Assembly: GCA_963748015.1 (NCBI GenBank)
Contig: CAVVHE010000004.1
Span: 384,001-448,000, forward strand
DNA from: Terriglobia bacterium
Lineage (GTDB): Bacteria > Acidobacteriota > Polarisedimenticolia > Polarisedimenticolales > JAIQFR01
Reading direction: 5' to 3'
Length of the DNA: 64,000 nt
The position numbers and the translations under genes are program-made. Numbering within the stretch: the stretch's first letter is position 1; every line of letters begins with the position of its first letter. The notes below the pieces were generated by a model. It saw nothing but the letters and a program-made list of their open reading frames with translations, ran no database searches and was not told where the DNA came from. Shown here piece by piece: positions 17,043 through 28,441 of this stretch.

Positions 17043-18197
17043 ATGTCCAAGACGGAGTCCACTTCGGGAGCGCCCCTGTCCTCGCTAGCGCAGCGGCCGT
17101 CCGCGTCCCGCGGGCGCCGCTTTCCCGAGCAGGAGCCCCCTTACCGCTCCGCCTACCAGCGCGACCGGGACCGGATCATCCACAGCCGGGCCTTCAGGCG
17201 CCTCGAGTACAAGACCCAGGTCTTCGTCAACCACGAAGGGGACCACTACCGCACGAGGCTGACCCACAGCATCGAGGTCAGCCAGATCGGCCGGACGGTG
17301 GCGCGGGCCCTGGGCCTCGACGAGGATCTCGTCGAGTCCCTCTCCCTCTCGCACGACCTGGGGCACACGCCGTTCGGGCACCTCGGCGAGGAGGTGCTCA
17401 GGGACCGGCTCCGCGAGCACGGCGGCTTCAACCATAACCGGCAGACGCTCCGGATCGTGGAGCACCTGGAAGAGCGCTACCCCGACTTCCCCGGGCTCAA
17501 CCTCACCTGGGAGGTGCGCGAGGGAATCGCCAAGCACTCCGGCCCGATCGACCTGGCCGCGGCGCCGGAGTTCGAGGAGTACGAGCCGGGACGGATGCCG
17601 CCGCTCGAGGCGCAGCTCATCGATCCCGTGGACGAGATCGCCTACAACCACCACGACATCGACGACGGTCTCGAATCGGGCCTCCTGGACATGGAGGCGC
17701 TCGCGTCGGCGGTCCCCCTGTTCGGGAACCCGCTCCGCGCGGCGCTGGCCCGGCGGAGGGGTTGCGACCTGCGGCAGATCCGGAACGAGGCGCTCCGGGG
17801 GCTCATCAACGAGTTGGTCACCGACCTGATCGACGCGACCGAGAGGAGCGCTAAAGAGGCGGGTGTGGCCGACGTGGAGGACGTCCGGCGGGCCGGGCGC
17901 CCGATCGTCACCCTGTCGCCGGCGGTCGCCGTGGAAAACCGCGCGCTCAAGGCGTACCTGCAGGAGCACCTCTACCGGCACCACCGGATCGAGCGGATGA
18001 AGGACAAGGCGCGCAGGGTGCTCGAGGCGCTGTTCGACCGCTACCACGCGAACCCGCGTCTCCTCCCCGACGACACGCGGAGGCGCATCCTCGTGGATGG
18101 CGTCGAGCGGACGATCGCCGACTACATCGCCGGAATGACCGACCGCTATGCCACCGAGGAGTACCGGCGCCTGTTCGACCCGACGGTGAGGGTCTGA
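17043..18197 (+). CDS. dgt: Deoxyguanosinetriphosphate triphosphohydrolase
   Basis: YQRDRDRIIHSRAFRRLEYKTQVF, RTRLTHSIEV, HDLGHTPFGH, DEIAYNHHD, DYIAGMTD. Confidence 0.94.
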   Translation: MSKTESTSGAPLSSLAQRPSASRGRRFPEQEPPYRSAYQRDRDRIIHSRAFRRLEYKTQVFVNHEGDHYRTRLTHSIEVSQIGRTVARALGLDEDLVESLSLSHDLGHTPFGHLGEEVLRDRLREHGGFNHNRQTLRIVEHLEERYPDFPGLNLTWEVREGIAKHSGPIDLAAAPEFEEYEPGRMPPLEAQLIDPVDEIAYNHHDIDDGLESGLLDMEALASAVPLFGNPLRAALARRRGCDLRQIRNEALRGLINELVTDLIDATERSAKEAGVADVEDVRRAGRPIVTLSPAVAVENRALKAYLQEHLYRHHRIERMKDKARRVLEALFDRYHANPRLLPDDTRRRILVDGVERTIADYIAGMTDRYATEEYRRLFDPTVRV

Positions 18198-18258
18198 GCC
18201 GCGCGCGCCGCGTCCCGGGTCGAGTGGCCGGGCGACTCCCGGCCGGAAAGGATCGCCC

Positions 18259-19287
18259 ATGAAGGCGGTCGTGATCCGCGAGCACGGGGGACCGGAGGTG
18301 CTGCGCCTCGAGGTGCGGGAGCTTCCCGAGCCCGGCCCGGGCGAGGTGCGTGTCCGGGTCCACGCGGTCGGCCTCAACCACCTCGATGTCTGGGTCCGGA
18401 AGGGCGTGCCGGGGCACACTTTTCCCCTACCGATCGTCCCCGGGTCCGACGTGGCCGGGACGGTGGATGCGCTCGGCGCGGGTGCGCGAGGGGCGAGGGA
18501 AGGGGATCGGGTCGTCGTCGGGCCCGGGGTCTCCTGCGGGGCGTGCCTCGCTTGCCGGTCGGGGCGCGATCCGCTCTGCCCCGATTACGGCATCCTCGGC
18601 GAGTCCAGAGACGGCGGCTGCGCGGAGTACCTGGTGGTTCCGGCGATCAACGTCTTCCCGATGCCGGAGCGTCTCGATTTCTCCTCGGCGGCGGCGGTCC
18701 CGCTCGCGTTCCTGACGGCCTGGCACATGCTGGTGGATCGCGCGGGGCTGCGATCGGGGGAGCTGGTCCTGGTCCACGCCGCGGGTTCGGGCGTGTCCTC
18801 TGCGGCGATCCAGATCGCGCGGCTTCTCGGCGCGCGCGTGCTCGCGACAGCAGGGTCCGACGAGAAGTGCGCCCGCGCACTCGATCTCGGCGCGTCGGCC
18901 GTGGTCAACTACCGCTCCGAGGACTTCGTCAGGGCCGCGAAGACCTGGTCGGAGGGTCGAGGGGTGGACGTCGCGCTCGACCACATCGGGGCCGAGACGT
19001 TCGACCGGACCCTTCGATGCCTGGCGAAAGGCGGCCGCTACGTCACCTGCGGCGCCACGTCCGGCTTCGAGATGAAGACGGATTTCCGGCGCGTGTTCTT
19101 CAGGGGGCTCTCGATCCTGGGCTCCACGATGGGCGGGAGCCACGAGCTCGCGCGAGTGCTCGACCACGTCGGCGCCGGCGAGCTGAGCCCGGTCGTGGAC
19201 CGGGTGTTCCCGCTGGATCAGATCGGGGAGGCGCACCGGCGCCTCGAGAGCCGCTCCGGCTTCGGGAAGATCGTCCTGGTCGTCTGA
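18259..19287 (+). CDS. Zinc-binding MDR-family dehydrogenase/reductase
   Basis: GGPEVL, GLNHLD, PGSDVAG, structural Zn motif CGACLAC-x7-C, AAGSGV nucleotide-binding loop, FGKIVL. Confidence 0.9.
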   Translation: MKAVVIREHGGPEVLRLEVRELPEPGPGEVRVRVHAVGLNHLDVWVRKGVPGHTFPLPIVPGSDVAGTVDALGAGARGAREGDRVVVGPGVSCGACLACRSGRDPLCPDYGILGESRDGGCAEYLVVPAINVFPMPERLDFSSAAAVPLAFLTAWHMLVDRAGLRSGELVLVHAAGSGVSSAAIQIARLLGARVLATAGSDEKCARALDLGASAVVNYRSEDFVRAAKTWSEGRGVDVALDHIGAETFDRTLRCLAKGGRYVTCGATSGFEMKTDFRRVFFRGLSILGSTMGGSHELARVLDHVGAGELSPVVDRVFPLDQIGEAHRRLESRSGFGKIVLVV

Positions 19288-19418
19288 GGGGCGGCCGAGG
19301 GAAGGCGCCGCGGCCACCTTTCCCGGATGGCGCGCGTGAGGTAAGCTACGCTTCCCGGAGAGCCCACAACCGGACGAACGAGCCGGCAGCGGCTGTTTCT
19401 CGCGGCGCGGAAGGTACG

Positions 19419-19790
19419 TTGAGCAAGCGCATCTTGGTCGTGGACGACGAGGCGGAGATCGTCGAGCTCCTCAGGGACATCCTCACGTCGGAGGGTCTCG
19501 AGGTCGACGCCGCTTTCGACGCCGAGTCCGCGCTGAGGTTCGTCAAGGCGAACATCTACGACGCGGCGTTGCTGGACTTCAACCTCCCGGACATGGACGG
19601 CGTGATGCTCCACCACCGCATCCGCCAGATGGACGAGGACCTGGCCCGGCACTGCGTCTTCATGTCGGGGCAGGTGCAGTCCGACGACAACCTGGGTTAC
19701 TACTCGTCCCACAGCGGCGGCTTCCTGTCGAAGCCGTTCGACATCCGCGCCGTTCTCGGCGTGATTCGGAGCCTGCTCGACGGCGCCTGA
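19419..19790 (+). CDS. Single-domain response regulator
   Basis: RILVVDDE, LLDFNLPDMDG, FMSG, LSKPF; TTG start. Confidence 0.88.
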   Translation: MSKRILVVDDEAEIVELLRDILTSEGLEVDAAFDAESALRFVKANIYDAALLDFNLPDMDGVMLHHRIRQMDEDLARHCVFMSGQVQSDDNLGYYSSHSGGFLSKPFDIRAVLGVIRSLLDGA

Positions 19791-19798
19791 CGCTTCCG

Positions 19799-20290
19799 CT
19801 AGCGGCCGGTTCGCCTCTCGCCGCCCCGGGCAGTTCCCCCGTGCAGGAGACGGCCGAGGGCCACGTTCAGCGGATTGCTCCTCGCGAGGAACTGCACGGG
19901 AGGGAGGCGCCGCGTTCCCATCCGTTGGACCTCGCGCAGAATCCCCGCGTGCCTCGGCTCGAGCGCCAGCCCTTTCTGGAAGGTCGCGTATCCCTCGGCG
20001 CGCTCCCCGGCGTGCACCAGGAGACGCCCGAGGTTCCAGCACAGGTCGGGGTTGAAGAACTCGAGCGCGAGAGCGTCGCGGCAGAAGCGGATGCCCTCGG
20101 CGGGACGCTTTGCCTCGAGGCCGAGGCAAAGGCCGTAGAAGGAGAGGTAGCGCGCCTGGGGGCGTTCCACCCCGTGACGTCGCTCCATCACCACGGCCGC
20201 CTCGAAAAGCGCGAGCGCCTCGATCCCGCGCCCCTGCTGCAGCGCCGCGATCCCCTTGGCGAAACTCTCTTCGGCCGGACGAACCAGCAT
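19799..20290 (-). CDS. TPR-repeat protein
   Basis: Helical repeats FAKGIAALQQG...ALALF, YGLCL...GIRFCRDAL, NPDLCWNLGRLL...FQKGLALEP. Confidence 0.75.
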   Translation of the reverse strand: MLVRPAEESFAKGIAALQQGRGIEALALFEAAVVMERRHGVERPQARYLSFYGLCLGLEAKRPAEGIRFCRDALALEFFNPDLCWNLGRLLVHAGERAEGYATFQKGLALEPRHAGILREVQRMGTRRLPPVQFLARSNPLNVALGRLLHGGTARGGERRTGR

Positions 20291-20398
20291 GCCGTGCCCC
20301 CGCCCCCCGATGACGCGACGAGGGAAATGTCGGGCCCGAGGCCCCGCGGGTCCATGCCGATTTTGGTGAGAGCGGTAACGCGATCGTGATGCGGCGCG

Positions 20399-22315
20399 TC
20401 AGCCCTTGAGCCGGTCCACCAGCTCCTGGTTGATCTCGATCTTGTGCTTTTGCCGGACGCCGTCGAGGATCGACTGGAGCACGGCGGCGCGCCGCTGGGT
20501 GACGAGCTCGGAGCGGAGCTGGGCCTTCGCGCCGTCGAATCCGGCCGGATCGAACGCGTCGCGGCGGGTCACCACGTAGATCACCGCGCCGGCTGCCGCC
20601 TCGACGACCCCCTTGTCCCCGGCCTTGGTGGCAGGAGCGAACACGATCTTGTCCAGCTCCGGCACCCTGCCGGCTCCGGGCAGGCTCTGATCCGGCGCGT
20701 AGTCGGTGGACTTGCGGACTTCCTGCCCGAGGGCTTTCGCCGCCGCGGCGAGGTCCGGGTGGGCGGCGAACGCGCGGCGGGCCGCGGCCAGCGCCGCCTC
20801 CCTGGCGCGCGAATTGAGGAGGTCGCCTCTCACGCGGCCATCGACCTCCGCGAGCGGCGGCACCGTGGCCGGCACCGTGCCGAGCGAGGCGACGATCGCC
20901 ATGCCCCGCGCGATCGCGAGGGGCTGGCTCACGGCTCCCTCGGCGAGCTGGAACACGGCGTTCGTGAAATCGGGGGAAGCGGAGAGATCGGGGGGCAGCT
21001 CTCCGCGCGTGACCGCCTTCTCCTCGACCTTGAGTCCCTCTTTCGCGGCCGCGGCATCGAGGTCCTTCGCCGAAGCGATGGAGTCGCGGATCCGCTTGGC
21101 CTCCGATTGCGCGAGCTCCTGCGCGCGCCGCAGCCCGAGCTGGCGCCTTATCCCCTCGGCGACCTCGGACATCGGCGCCGTGCCGGCGGCCCGTGTTTCG
21201 GTCGGCTGGACGATGTGGAAGCCGAACTCCGACTCGACCACGTCCGAGAGCTGGCCGATCGGCGTCTCGAAGGCCGCCTTGTCGAACGCCGGGACCATCT
21301 GTCCTCGGCCGAAGAACCCGAGGTCTCCTCCCTTCTCGGCGGAGCTCGGGTCTTGCGAGAGCGTTGTCGCGAGGGCCGCGAAATCCTCTCCCTTCTTCAG
21401 GCGGGCCAGCGCCGCCTCCGCCTGCTGCCGTGCCTGCTGTTTCGCCGCCGGCGCCGCGTCGGCCTCGACGCGGAAGAGGATGTGCCGGGCGCGGCGCTGC
21501 TCGGGGCGGCTGTACTGCGCGAGGTTGCCGTCGTAGAAGCTCTTCACGTCGGCGTCGGTCACGGAGACCTTGGACAGCAGCGCCTGGCGCTCCAGCACGG
21601 CGTACCGGATCCGCCGTCCCTCGCCCCGCCGATAGGTCTCCTTGTGGGCGTCGTACCAGGACCGGACCTCGGCGTCCGACAGTTTGGAAGGAACGTCCTG
21701 CTTCGCGGTGGGGACCACCACGTAGTCGAGGGCCGCGCGATCGGCGCGCGCCCGGTAGGCGTCCAGGACCTCGGAATCGGACACCTGGACCGGCTCGGTG
21801 ACCAGGTCCTTCCATTTCGCGATGCTGATGTCCTCACCGACCTTCTGCTCGTACGCGGCCACACCGCCCGGCCACATCCGCTCCATCACGGAGGTGTACT
21901 GGCTCTTTCCGATGAACCGTCCGCTCGCATCCTGGAACTGCGGGTCCGAGAGGATCTGACGGGACACCTCGGACGCCGACGCCTCGAGCCCGAGCTTGCG
22001 CGACTCGGAGAGGAGGACCTGGTCGTCCACCAGCTGTTGGACCACCTGCCGGCCCAGCTGGAGCTGCCCCTTGATCTGTTCGTATTGCGCGCCGAACATC
22101 TTGCGGTAGTACTCGTCCGCGCGGCGCGCGACGTCGAGGAACTGGCGGGTGGTGATCGTGGTGCCGTCCACCTTCGCCGCCCAGTCCGCGTTCACGCCGC
22201 CGGCCTGACGCGAGTCGCTCGTGAAGTAGACCCCGAGGTAGAGCACCATGGATATCGCGACGATCCACAGGACCCACTTCAGGTGCTTGAGATTCTCCCG
22301 CATGACGTTGAGCAT
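20399..22315 (-). CDS. SurA-N / PpiD-like parvulin peptidyl-prolyl isomerase
   Basis: N-terminal TM anchor, SurA-like helical domain, parvulin motifs ARHILF, FAALATTLSQD, GGDLGFF, MVPAF, SEFGFHI. Confidence 0.9.
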   Translation of the reverse strand: MLNVMRENLKHLKWVLWIVAISMVLYLGVYFTSDSRQAGGVNADWAAKVDGTTITTRQFLDVARRADEYYRKMFGAQYEQIKGQLQLGRQVVQQLVDDQVLLSESRKLGLEASASEVSRQILSDPQFQDASGRFIGKSQYTSVMERMWPGGVAAYEQKVGEDISIAKWKDLVTEPVQVSDSEVLDAYRARADRAALDYVVVPTAKQDVPSKLSDAEVRSWYDAHKETYRRGEGRRIRYAVLERQALLSKVSVTDADVKSFYDGNLAQYSRPEQRRARHILFRVEADAAPAAKQQARQQAEAALARLKKGEDFAALATTLSQDPSSAEKGGDLGFFGRGQMVPAFDKAAFETPIGQLSDVVESEFGFHIVQPTETRAAGTAPMSEVAEGIRRQLGLRRAQELAQSEAKRIRDSIASAKDLDAAAAKEGLKVEEKAVTRGELPPDLSASPDFTNAVFQLAEGAVSQPLAIARGMAIVASLGTVPATVPPLAEVDGRVRGDLLNSRAREAALAAARRAFAAHPDLAAAAKALGQEVRKSTDYAPDQSLPGAGRVPELDKIVFAPATKAGDKGVVEAAAGAVIYVVTRRDAFDPAGFDGAKAQLRSELVTQRRAAVLQSILDGVRQKHKIEINQELVDRLKG

Positions 22316-22486
22316 CGGCTGCGCTCCATTTCTTATGGGCCAAACTCACGAAGTCTAGCGCAGCCATGAGGATGCGGCAAGGCACCGGAACGGTCGGACC
22401 CGATTTTGAGGTGGCCTCCACCGCTCCCGCGTGTTAGATTCCGCTCGGGCGAAGAGCCCTTTCGTCCTGGAGGCGGGTCAGCCGTA

Positions 22487-23944
22487 ATGACCGCACAGCG
22501 GCAAAAGTCGAGAGTCGTTCTCGATTGGTTCACCGTCACCTACCGGAGCCTGTGGCTGGCCGTCGCGGCGGTCGTCGCGGTGGCCGTCGTGGGCATCGGG
22601 GTGTACTGGTTCTTCTTTGCCGGCGCCGGGCCGAGGTCCGAGGCGGAGGAGGCCATCGGCCGGGCTTCCGCAAGGCTCTCCGAGGCTTCGACCTACCAGG
22701 GAGACGAGCGGCTCGACGAGGTGCGGGCGAGTGCCAAGGCCGCGCTCGACGAGGCACGCTCGGAGCTCGACTCGAGGCGCTGGGACACCGCCCGCGTCGC
22801 CGCGATCCGCTCCGAGAACCTTTCGCAGAAGGCCATCGACATGGCTCGCGGCCAGGGTCTCGTCTCGCAGGAGGTTCGGTTCTACCGGATCGAAGGGGAC
22901 GTCCGGGTCAAGAGGGCGGGGGAGTTCGCCTGGGAGTCCGCGGAAAGGAAGATGGTGCTGCACCTTGGCGACCAGGTGAAGACCTCCGCGTCGGCGTCGG
23001 TCCAGCTCATCTACTTCGACGGCACCGTCACGACGGTCCAGCCGGGCTCCCTTCTCGAGATACGGGACCTGTCCGAGGATCCCGCCACGAAGGTCCGCAA
23101 GGTGACGGAGAAGCTGAACTGGGGCGAGCTGAGCGCCTCGACCCAGAAGCGGAACGTCGAAGGGTCGTTCCACGAGGTGGCGACCGACGCGGCGTCGGCG
23201 CGAACGAGCGACGCGGGAGAGTTCCGGATCGCGTTCGACAAGGAGTCCAAGAAGGCGACGTTCGACGCGTTCTCGGGAAGGGTCGAGGTGGCGGGACCCG
23301 CCAGGAGGGAAGTCCTTGACGCCGGGCAGCGTCTCGAGGCGTCGGTGGGCGGCGGGCTATCGGCGAAGGAAGTGCTTCCCGGGATCCCCAGGCTCGTGGC
23401 TCCGTCGGACCAGCGCGTCTTCGTCTACGACGATCCGGCCAAGGCCACGACCACGCTGAGCTGGGAGCGGATTCCCGGGGCGGCGCGTTACCATCTGATG
23501 ATCTCCGACAAGGTGCTCTTCACCCGGATGCTCTACGACGCGGACCGCGACGACACCTCGGTGGTCATCGACGGGATCGCCCAGGGCTCCTACTACTGGA
23601 AGGTGGCGGCGATCTCGGCCTCGGGGGTCCGCGGACCGTTCGGCGAGCCGCGGCACTTCCGCGTGACCAGCGAGCGGATCCGGGATCGCGACGACGCGAC
23701 GCCCCCGAAGCTCGAGATCACCGAGTTCGTCCAGACCGGCCCCATGCTGATCCTGAACGGCAAGACGGAGCCGGGGGCCCTGCTCTGGATCGACAGCGAG
23801 AAGGTGGACGTCTACGAGGACGGCTCGTTCTACGCCGTGATCCGCCTGCGCAAGGAAGGGGTGAACGAGCTCCGCCTCCTCGCGCAGGACGCGGCGGGGA
23901 ACGAGGCACGGCTGACCCACCGGGCCTACGTGGAATCGTACTGA
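22487..23944 (+). CDS. Membrane-anchored FecR-domain protein with FN3/Ig-like C-terminal domains
   Basis: TM helix, helical segment, FecR-like IEGDVRVK...LHLGDQVKT...LIYFDGTV, FN3-like LSWERIPGAARYHL...YYWKVAA, Ig-like AQDAAGN. Confidence 0.65.
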   Translation: MTAQRQKSRVVLDWFTVTYRSLWLAVAAVVAVAVVGIGVYWFFFAGAGPRSEAEEAIGRASARLSEASTYQGDERLDEVRASAKAALDEARSELDSRRWDTARVAAIRSENLSQKAIDMARGQGLVSQEVRFYRIEGDVRVKRAGEFAWESAERKMVLHLGDQVKTSASASVQLIYFDGTVTTVQPGSLLEIRDLSEDPATKVRKVTEKLNWGELSASTQKRNVEGSFHEVATDAASARTSDAGEFRIAFDKESKKATFDAFSGRVEVAGPARREVLDAGQRLEASVGGGLSAKEVLPGIPRLVAPSDQRVFVYDDPAKATTTLSWERIPGAARYHLMISDKVLFTRMLYDADRDDTSVVIDGIAQGSYYWKVAAISASGVRGPFGEPRHFRVTSERIRDRDDATPPKLEITEFVQTGPMLILNGKTEPGALLWIDSEKVDVYEDGSFYAVIRLRKEGVNELRLLAQDAAGNEARLTHRAYVESY

Positions 23945-25117
<1,173 letters not shown>

Positions 25118-25118
25118 G

Positions 25119-25180
25119 CCCAAGGAGTCCGTCCGAGTCATCCCGCGGACCCACGGGACGACTCGGACGGGCTCCTTGGG
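25119..25180. repeat. REP-like palindromic repeat, copy 2
   Basis: CCCAAGGAGTCCGTCCGAGTCATCCCGCGGACCCACGGGACGACTCGGACGGGCTCCTTGGG, between mreB and mreC. Confidence 0.8.
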
Positions 25181-25204
25181 GCGGCCGCGGGGACGAGGAG
25201 TGAC

Positions 25205-26062
25205 ATGCGCGGTCCGGCGCGCACGCGGACGAATCTGCTGCTGCTCGCGGTGCTCCTGTTCGGCCAGCTCCTCCTGATGTCGGGGAGCGCGAGGGACGAC
25301 GCGGGGGCGAGCGTGCTCGAGAACGGTCTCGCGCGGGTGAGCCGGCCCGTGGCCGGGGCGACTCGCGCCGTGTCCGGCGGGCTGGCCGGCTTCTTCGGGT
25401 TCTGGCGGGAGCTCCGCACCGCGCGCGACGAGAACGTCAGGCTCAAGGCGGAGATCGGTCGCGTCCGCGGCGAGCTCGAGAGGTTCAGGGAGCAATCCCT
25501 CGAGAACCAGCGGCTGAGACGGCTGTTGGGGATGCGCGAGGACCTCGCGCCGCGCTCGATCGCGGCCTCGGTGGTGACGACGCAGTTGACCGCGCAGACC
25601 CGGATGGCGGTGCTCGACCGCGGGACGGAGGCGGGGGTCGCGTCCGACCAGGCGGTCGTCGCGTGGGGCGGGGCGGTCGGGCGCGTCGTGCTCGCCGACA
25701 AGGGCTTCGCGAAGATGCGGCTGCTCACCGACCCCAACAGCGGCGTGGCGGGCCTGATCCAGCGGAGCCGGGCCGAGGGCATGGTCCTCGGCCGGGGTGA
25801 CGGGTCCCTCGAGATGCTCTACGTGCCGAAATACGCCGACGTCGTGGTCGGGGATCGCGTGGTGACGTCGGGACTCGACGGGGTCTTCCCGCGGGGCTTC
25901 GGCGTCGGGCGCGTGACGCTGGTGGCGGACCTCGCGGGAGTCACCAAGTCGATCCGCGTCGAGCCGGAGGTGGACTTCCGGTCGCTCGAGGAGGTGCTCG
26001 TGCTGCTGCGGCCGATCGCCGGCGCGGTCCTCGCGCCGCCCGAAGGGGAGCGTGCGCGGTGA
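25205..26062 (+). CDS. mreC: Rod shape-determining protein MreC
   Basis: TM segment, coiled coil ENQRLRRLL, LDRG, GAVGRV, VVTSGLDGVFPRG; follows mreB. Confidence 0.95.
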   Translation: MRGPARTRTNLLLLAVLLFGQLLLMSGSARDDAGASVLENGLARVSRPVAGATRAVSGGLAGFFGFWRELRTARDENVRLKAEIGRVRGELERFREQSLENQRLRRLLGMREDLAPRSIAASVVTTQLTAQTRMAVLDRGTEAGVASDQAVVAWGGAVGRVVLADKGFAKMRLLTDPNSGVAGLIQRSRAEGMVLGRGDGSLEMLYVPKYADVVVGDRVVTSGLDGVFPRGFGVGRVTLVADLAGVTKSIRVEPEVDFRSLEEVLVLLRPIAGAVLAPPEGERAR

Positions 26063-26556
26063 CGCTGCTCCGCGCCGCCCTCGCTCTCGCCCTCGGCCTC
26101 GCCGTCGAGATCGCCCTCGGACGGTGGGCGCCGTCGACGCGAGCCTACGTGGACGTCCTGATGGCGGCGGTGGCGTGGTACGGCATCGCCAGGTCCCAGC
26201 GGTCGGCGATGCTGATGGGGTGCGCCGCGGGCCTCCTCCAGGACGCGTGGTTCGAAACGGGAGTCTTCGGGATCAACGGCTTCGTGAAGACGCTGCTCGG
26301 CTGGGCCCTGGGGGGGCTCGGCGCGCGGTTCGACCTCAACCAGGCCGCGGGGAGGCTGGCGTCGGGGGCCGTGCTTTCCGTGGCCGGCCGGGTCCTCGAA
26401 GCCGGGATCCTGAGGCTGCTCGACCGGGCCTCGGGCCCCTTGGAACCGGTCGGGCTCCTGATACGAGCGGTGACAGGCGGGTTGCTCGTCGTCGTGGTCT
26501 TTGCCATCTTGAATCGAGTGAGGGGCAAAGCGGCGCTGCAGCGCAGGGCCGGCTGA
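26059..26556 (+). CDS. mreD: Rod shape-determining protein MreD
   Basis: Hydrophobic 165 aa protein with GLLQDA and FGING motifs, between mreC and mrdA. Confidence 0.88.
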   Translation: MTLLRAALALALGLAVEIALGRWAPSTRAYVDVLMAAVAWYGIARSQRSAMLMGCAAGLLQDAWFETGVFGINGFVKTLLGWALGGLGARFDLNQAAGRLASGAVLSVAGRVLEAGILRLLDRASGPLEPVGLLIRAVTGGLLVVVVFAILNRVRGKAALQRRAG

Positions 26557-26560
26557 GCGG

Positions 26561-28441
26561 ATGGACTACAGGGACCGATGGGAGCACAAGGAGTACCTCC
26601 TCGAGCGGAGGCTTGCCCGCCGGGTGACGCTGTACCACGTCGCGATCATCCTCCTGATCGTCTCGTACCTGCTGACGTTCTGGTACCTCCAGGTGATCCG
26701 CGGCGCGGAGTACGCGCAGCTCGCGGAGAACAACCGGCTGCGGCGGATCCCGATGCCGCCGACCCGTGGCGTGATCTTCGACCGCCACAGCGAGGTCGTG
26801 GCGTCCACCCGCCCGTCGCTCAACCTCGTGCTCCGCCGCGAGGGGCTGAAGGACGCGGAGGGGCAGCTCCACCGCCTCGAGGCGGTGCTCGGCGTGCCGT
26901 ACGCCGAGCTGCACGCGGCGCTCCGGGACATGAGCGCGCGCCCCACGTTCGAGCCTCTCGTGGTGAAGGAGGACGTCGGGCTGGCCGATCTCGCGAAGAT
27001 CGAGGCGCGCCGGGAGTGGTTCCCGTCGGTGGAGGTCGAGCAGACGGCGCGGCGCGACTACCCCGATCGCCAATCGGTGGCCCACGCGGTGGGGTACGTG
27101 GGCGAGGTCAGCGAGAGCCAACTACTCAACCAGCCTGCCGAGGGGACGCTCGAGCTCGGGGACACCGTGGGGAAGTCGGGCGTCGAGAGGGCCTACGACG
27201 ACGTTCTTCGCGGGCGCCGCGGCTGGAAGCTCGTCACCGTCAACAGCCTCGGGCGGCAGCTCGGCGAGGCCCAGAACGGGAGGGCGCCCGAGGACGGCCG
27301 CCAGCTCCGCGTGACGCTGGATCTCAAGCTGCAGCGGGCGCTGATGGACGCGTTCGGCGAGGAGGTCGGCGCCGGGGTCTTCATGGACCCGTGGACCGGC
27401 GACGTGCTCGCCCTCGCGTCGTCCCCCGCCTACGACCCGAACGTCTTCGCCTCCCACGTCTCGCCGGGAATCTGGCAATCCCTGGTCCACGACCCGCTTC
27501 GGCCGCTGCAGGACCGGGCCATCGGCAGCTTCTACGCCCCCGGCTCGACCTTCAAGGTGCTGATGTCCGTCGCCGGCCTCGAGTCGGGAGTCATCTCTCC
27601 CTCGACGGTTCTCCACTGCGGCGGATCCATCAACATGTACGGCCGCCCGTTCCTCTGCTGGAAGAAGGGGGGCCACGGCGCCGTGGACGTCCACCGCGCG
27701 CTGGTGCAATCCTGCAACGTCTTCTTCTACCAGGTCGGCCGGATGGCCGGGATCGAGACGATCGCGCGGTACGCCGATCTGTTCAACATCGGGAGGCCGA
27801 CCGGGATCGATCTGCCGGGGGAGGCCGCCGGCGTGCTGCCTTCGCCGGAGTGGAAGATGCGGACGCGCGGCGAGCCCTGGTACGCGGGGGAGACGATCTC
27901 GGTCTCGATCGGGCAGGGAATCCTCGGCGCGACCCCCGTCCAGATGGCGGTACTCATGGCGGGGGTTTCGACCGGCAGCCTCCCGCGCCCGCACCTCGTC
28001 CGGTCCGACCGCGCCCCGGAGTCGAAGCCCCTACCCATCTCGCCGGGGACGCTCGCGATCGTCCGGAGCGCGCTCCAGGACGTCGTGGAGGAGGGGACCG
28101 GCAAGAAGGCGTCGCTCGGCGTCATCTCCGTCGCCGGGAAGACCGGCACCGCGCAGGTCTTCAAGAAATCGGCCGGGATCGACGCGGACAAGCTGCCGAA
28201 GGACGAGCGGGACCACGCCTGGTTCGTCGGCTACGCGCCGGCGGACCGTCCCGAGATCGCCTTCGCCGTGGTCGTGGAGCACGGCGGGCACGGGGGAACC
28301 ACCGCGGCCCCCATCGTCAAGAAGGTCCTGGAGACGTTCTTCGCCGACCGTCTCCCTCCGAAGCCGTCCCCGGGGGCGCTCCAGGCGGGCCTCGCGCGGC
28401 GAGCAGAGGACAAGCGTGATCCCGCGCCGCTTCCTCGATAG
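26561..28441 (+). CDS. mrdA: Penicillin-binding protein 2
   Basis: RGVIFDR, GKSGVE, PGSTFK (SxxK), SCN, KTGTAQ, DHAWF. Confidence 0.96.
   Translation: MDYRDRWEHKEYLLERRLARRVTLYHVAIILLIVSYLLTFWYLQVIRGAEYAQLAENNRLRRIPMPPTRGVIFDRHSEVVASTRPSLNLVLRREGLKDAEGQLHRLEAVLGVPYAELHAALRDMSARPTFEPLVVKEDVGLADLAKIEARREWFPSVEVEQTARRDYPDRQSVAHAVGYVGEVSESQLLNQPAEGTLELGDTVGKSGVERAYDDVLRGRRGWKLVTVNSLGRQLGEAQNGRAPEDGRQLRVTLDLKLQRALMDAFGEEVGAGVFMDPWTGDVLALASSPAYDPNVFASHVSPGIWQSLVHDPLRPLQDRAIGSFYAPGSTFKVLMSVAGLESGVISPSTVLHCGGSINMYGRPFLCWKKGGHGAVDVHRALVQSCNVFFYQVGRMAGIETIARYADLFNIGRPTGIDLPGEAAGVLPSPEWKMRTRGEPWYAGETISVSIGQGILGATPVQMAVLMAGVSTGSLPRPHLVRSDRAPESKPLPISPGTLAIVRSALQDVVEEGTGKKASLGVISVAGKTGTAQVFKKSAGIDADKLPKDERDHAWFVGYAPADRPEIAFAVVVEHGGHGGTTAAPIVKKVLETFFADRLPPKPSPGALQAGLARRAEDKRDPAPLPR

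Noticed and set aside
16992..18197. dGTPase as an anti-phage defence system
   Set aside because: Short housekeeping-type dGTPase in a common erpA-dgt context, with no defence-island neighbours.
18259..19287. Zn-dehydrogenase as the threonine dehydrogenase partner of the Kbl-like genes
   Set aside because: Catalytic zinc ligands of Tdh (ICGTD, GHE) are replaced by GLNHLD and GSD, and the gene is separated from the cluster by erpA and dgt.
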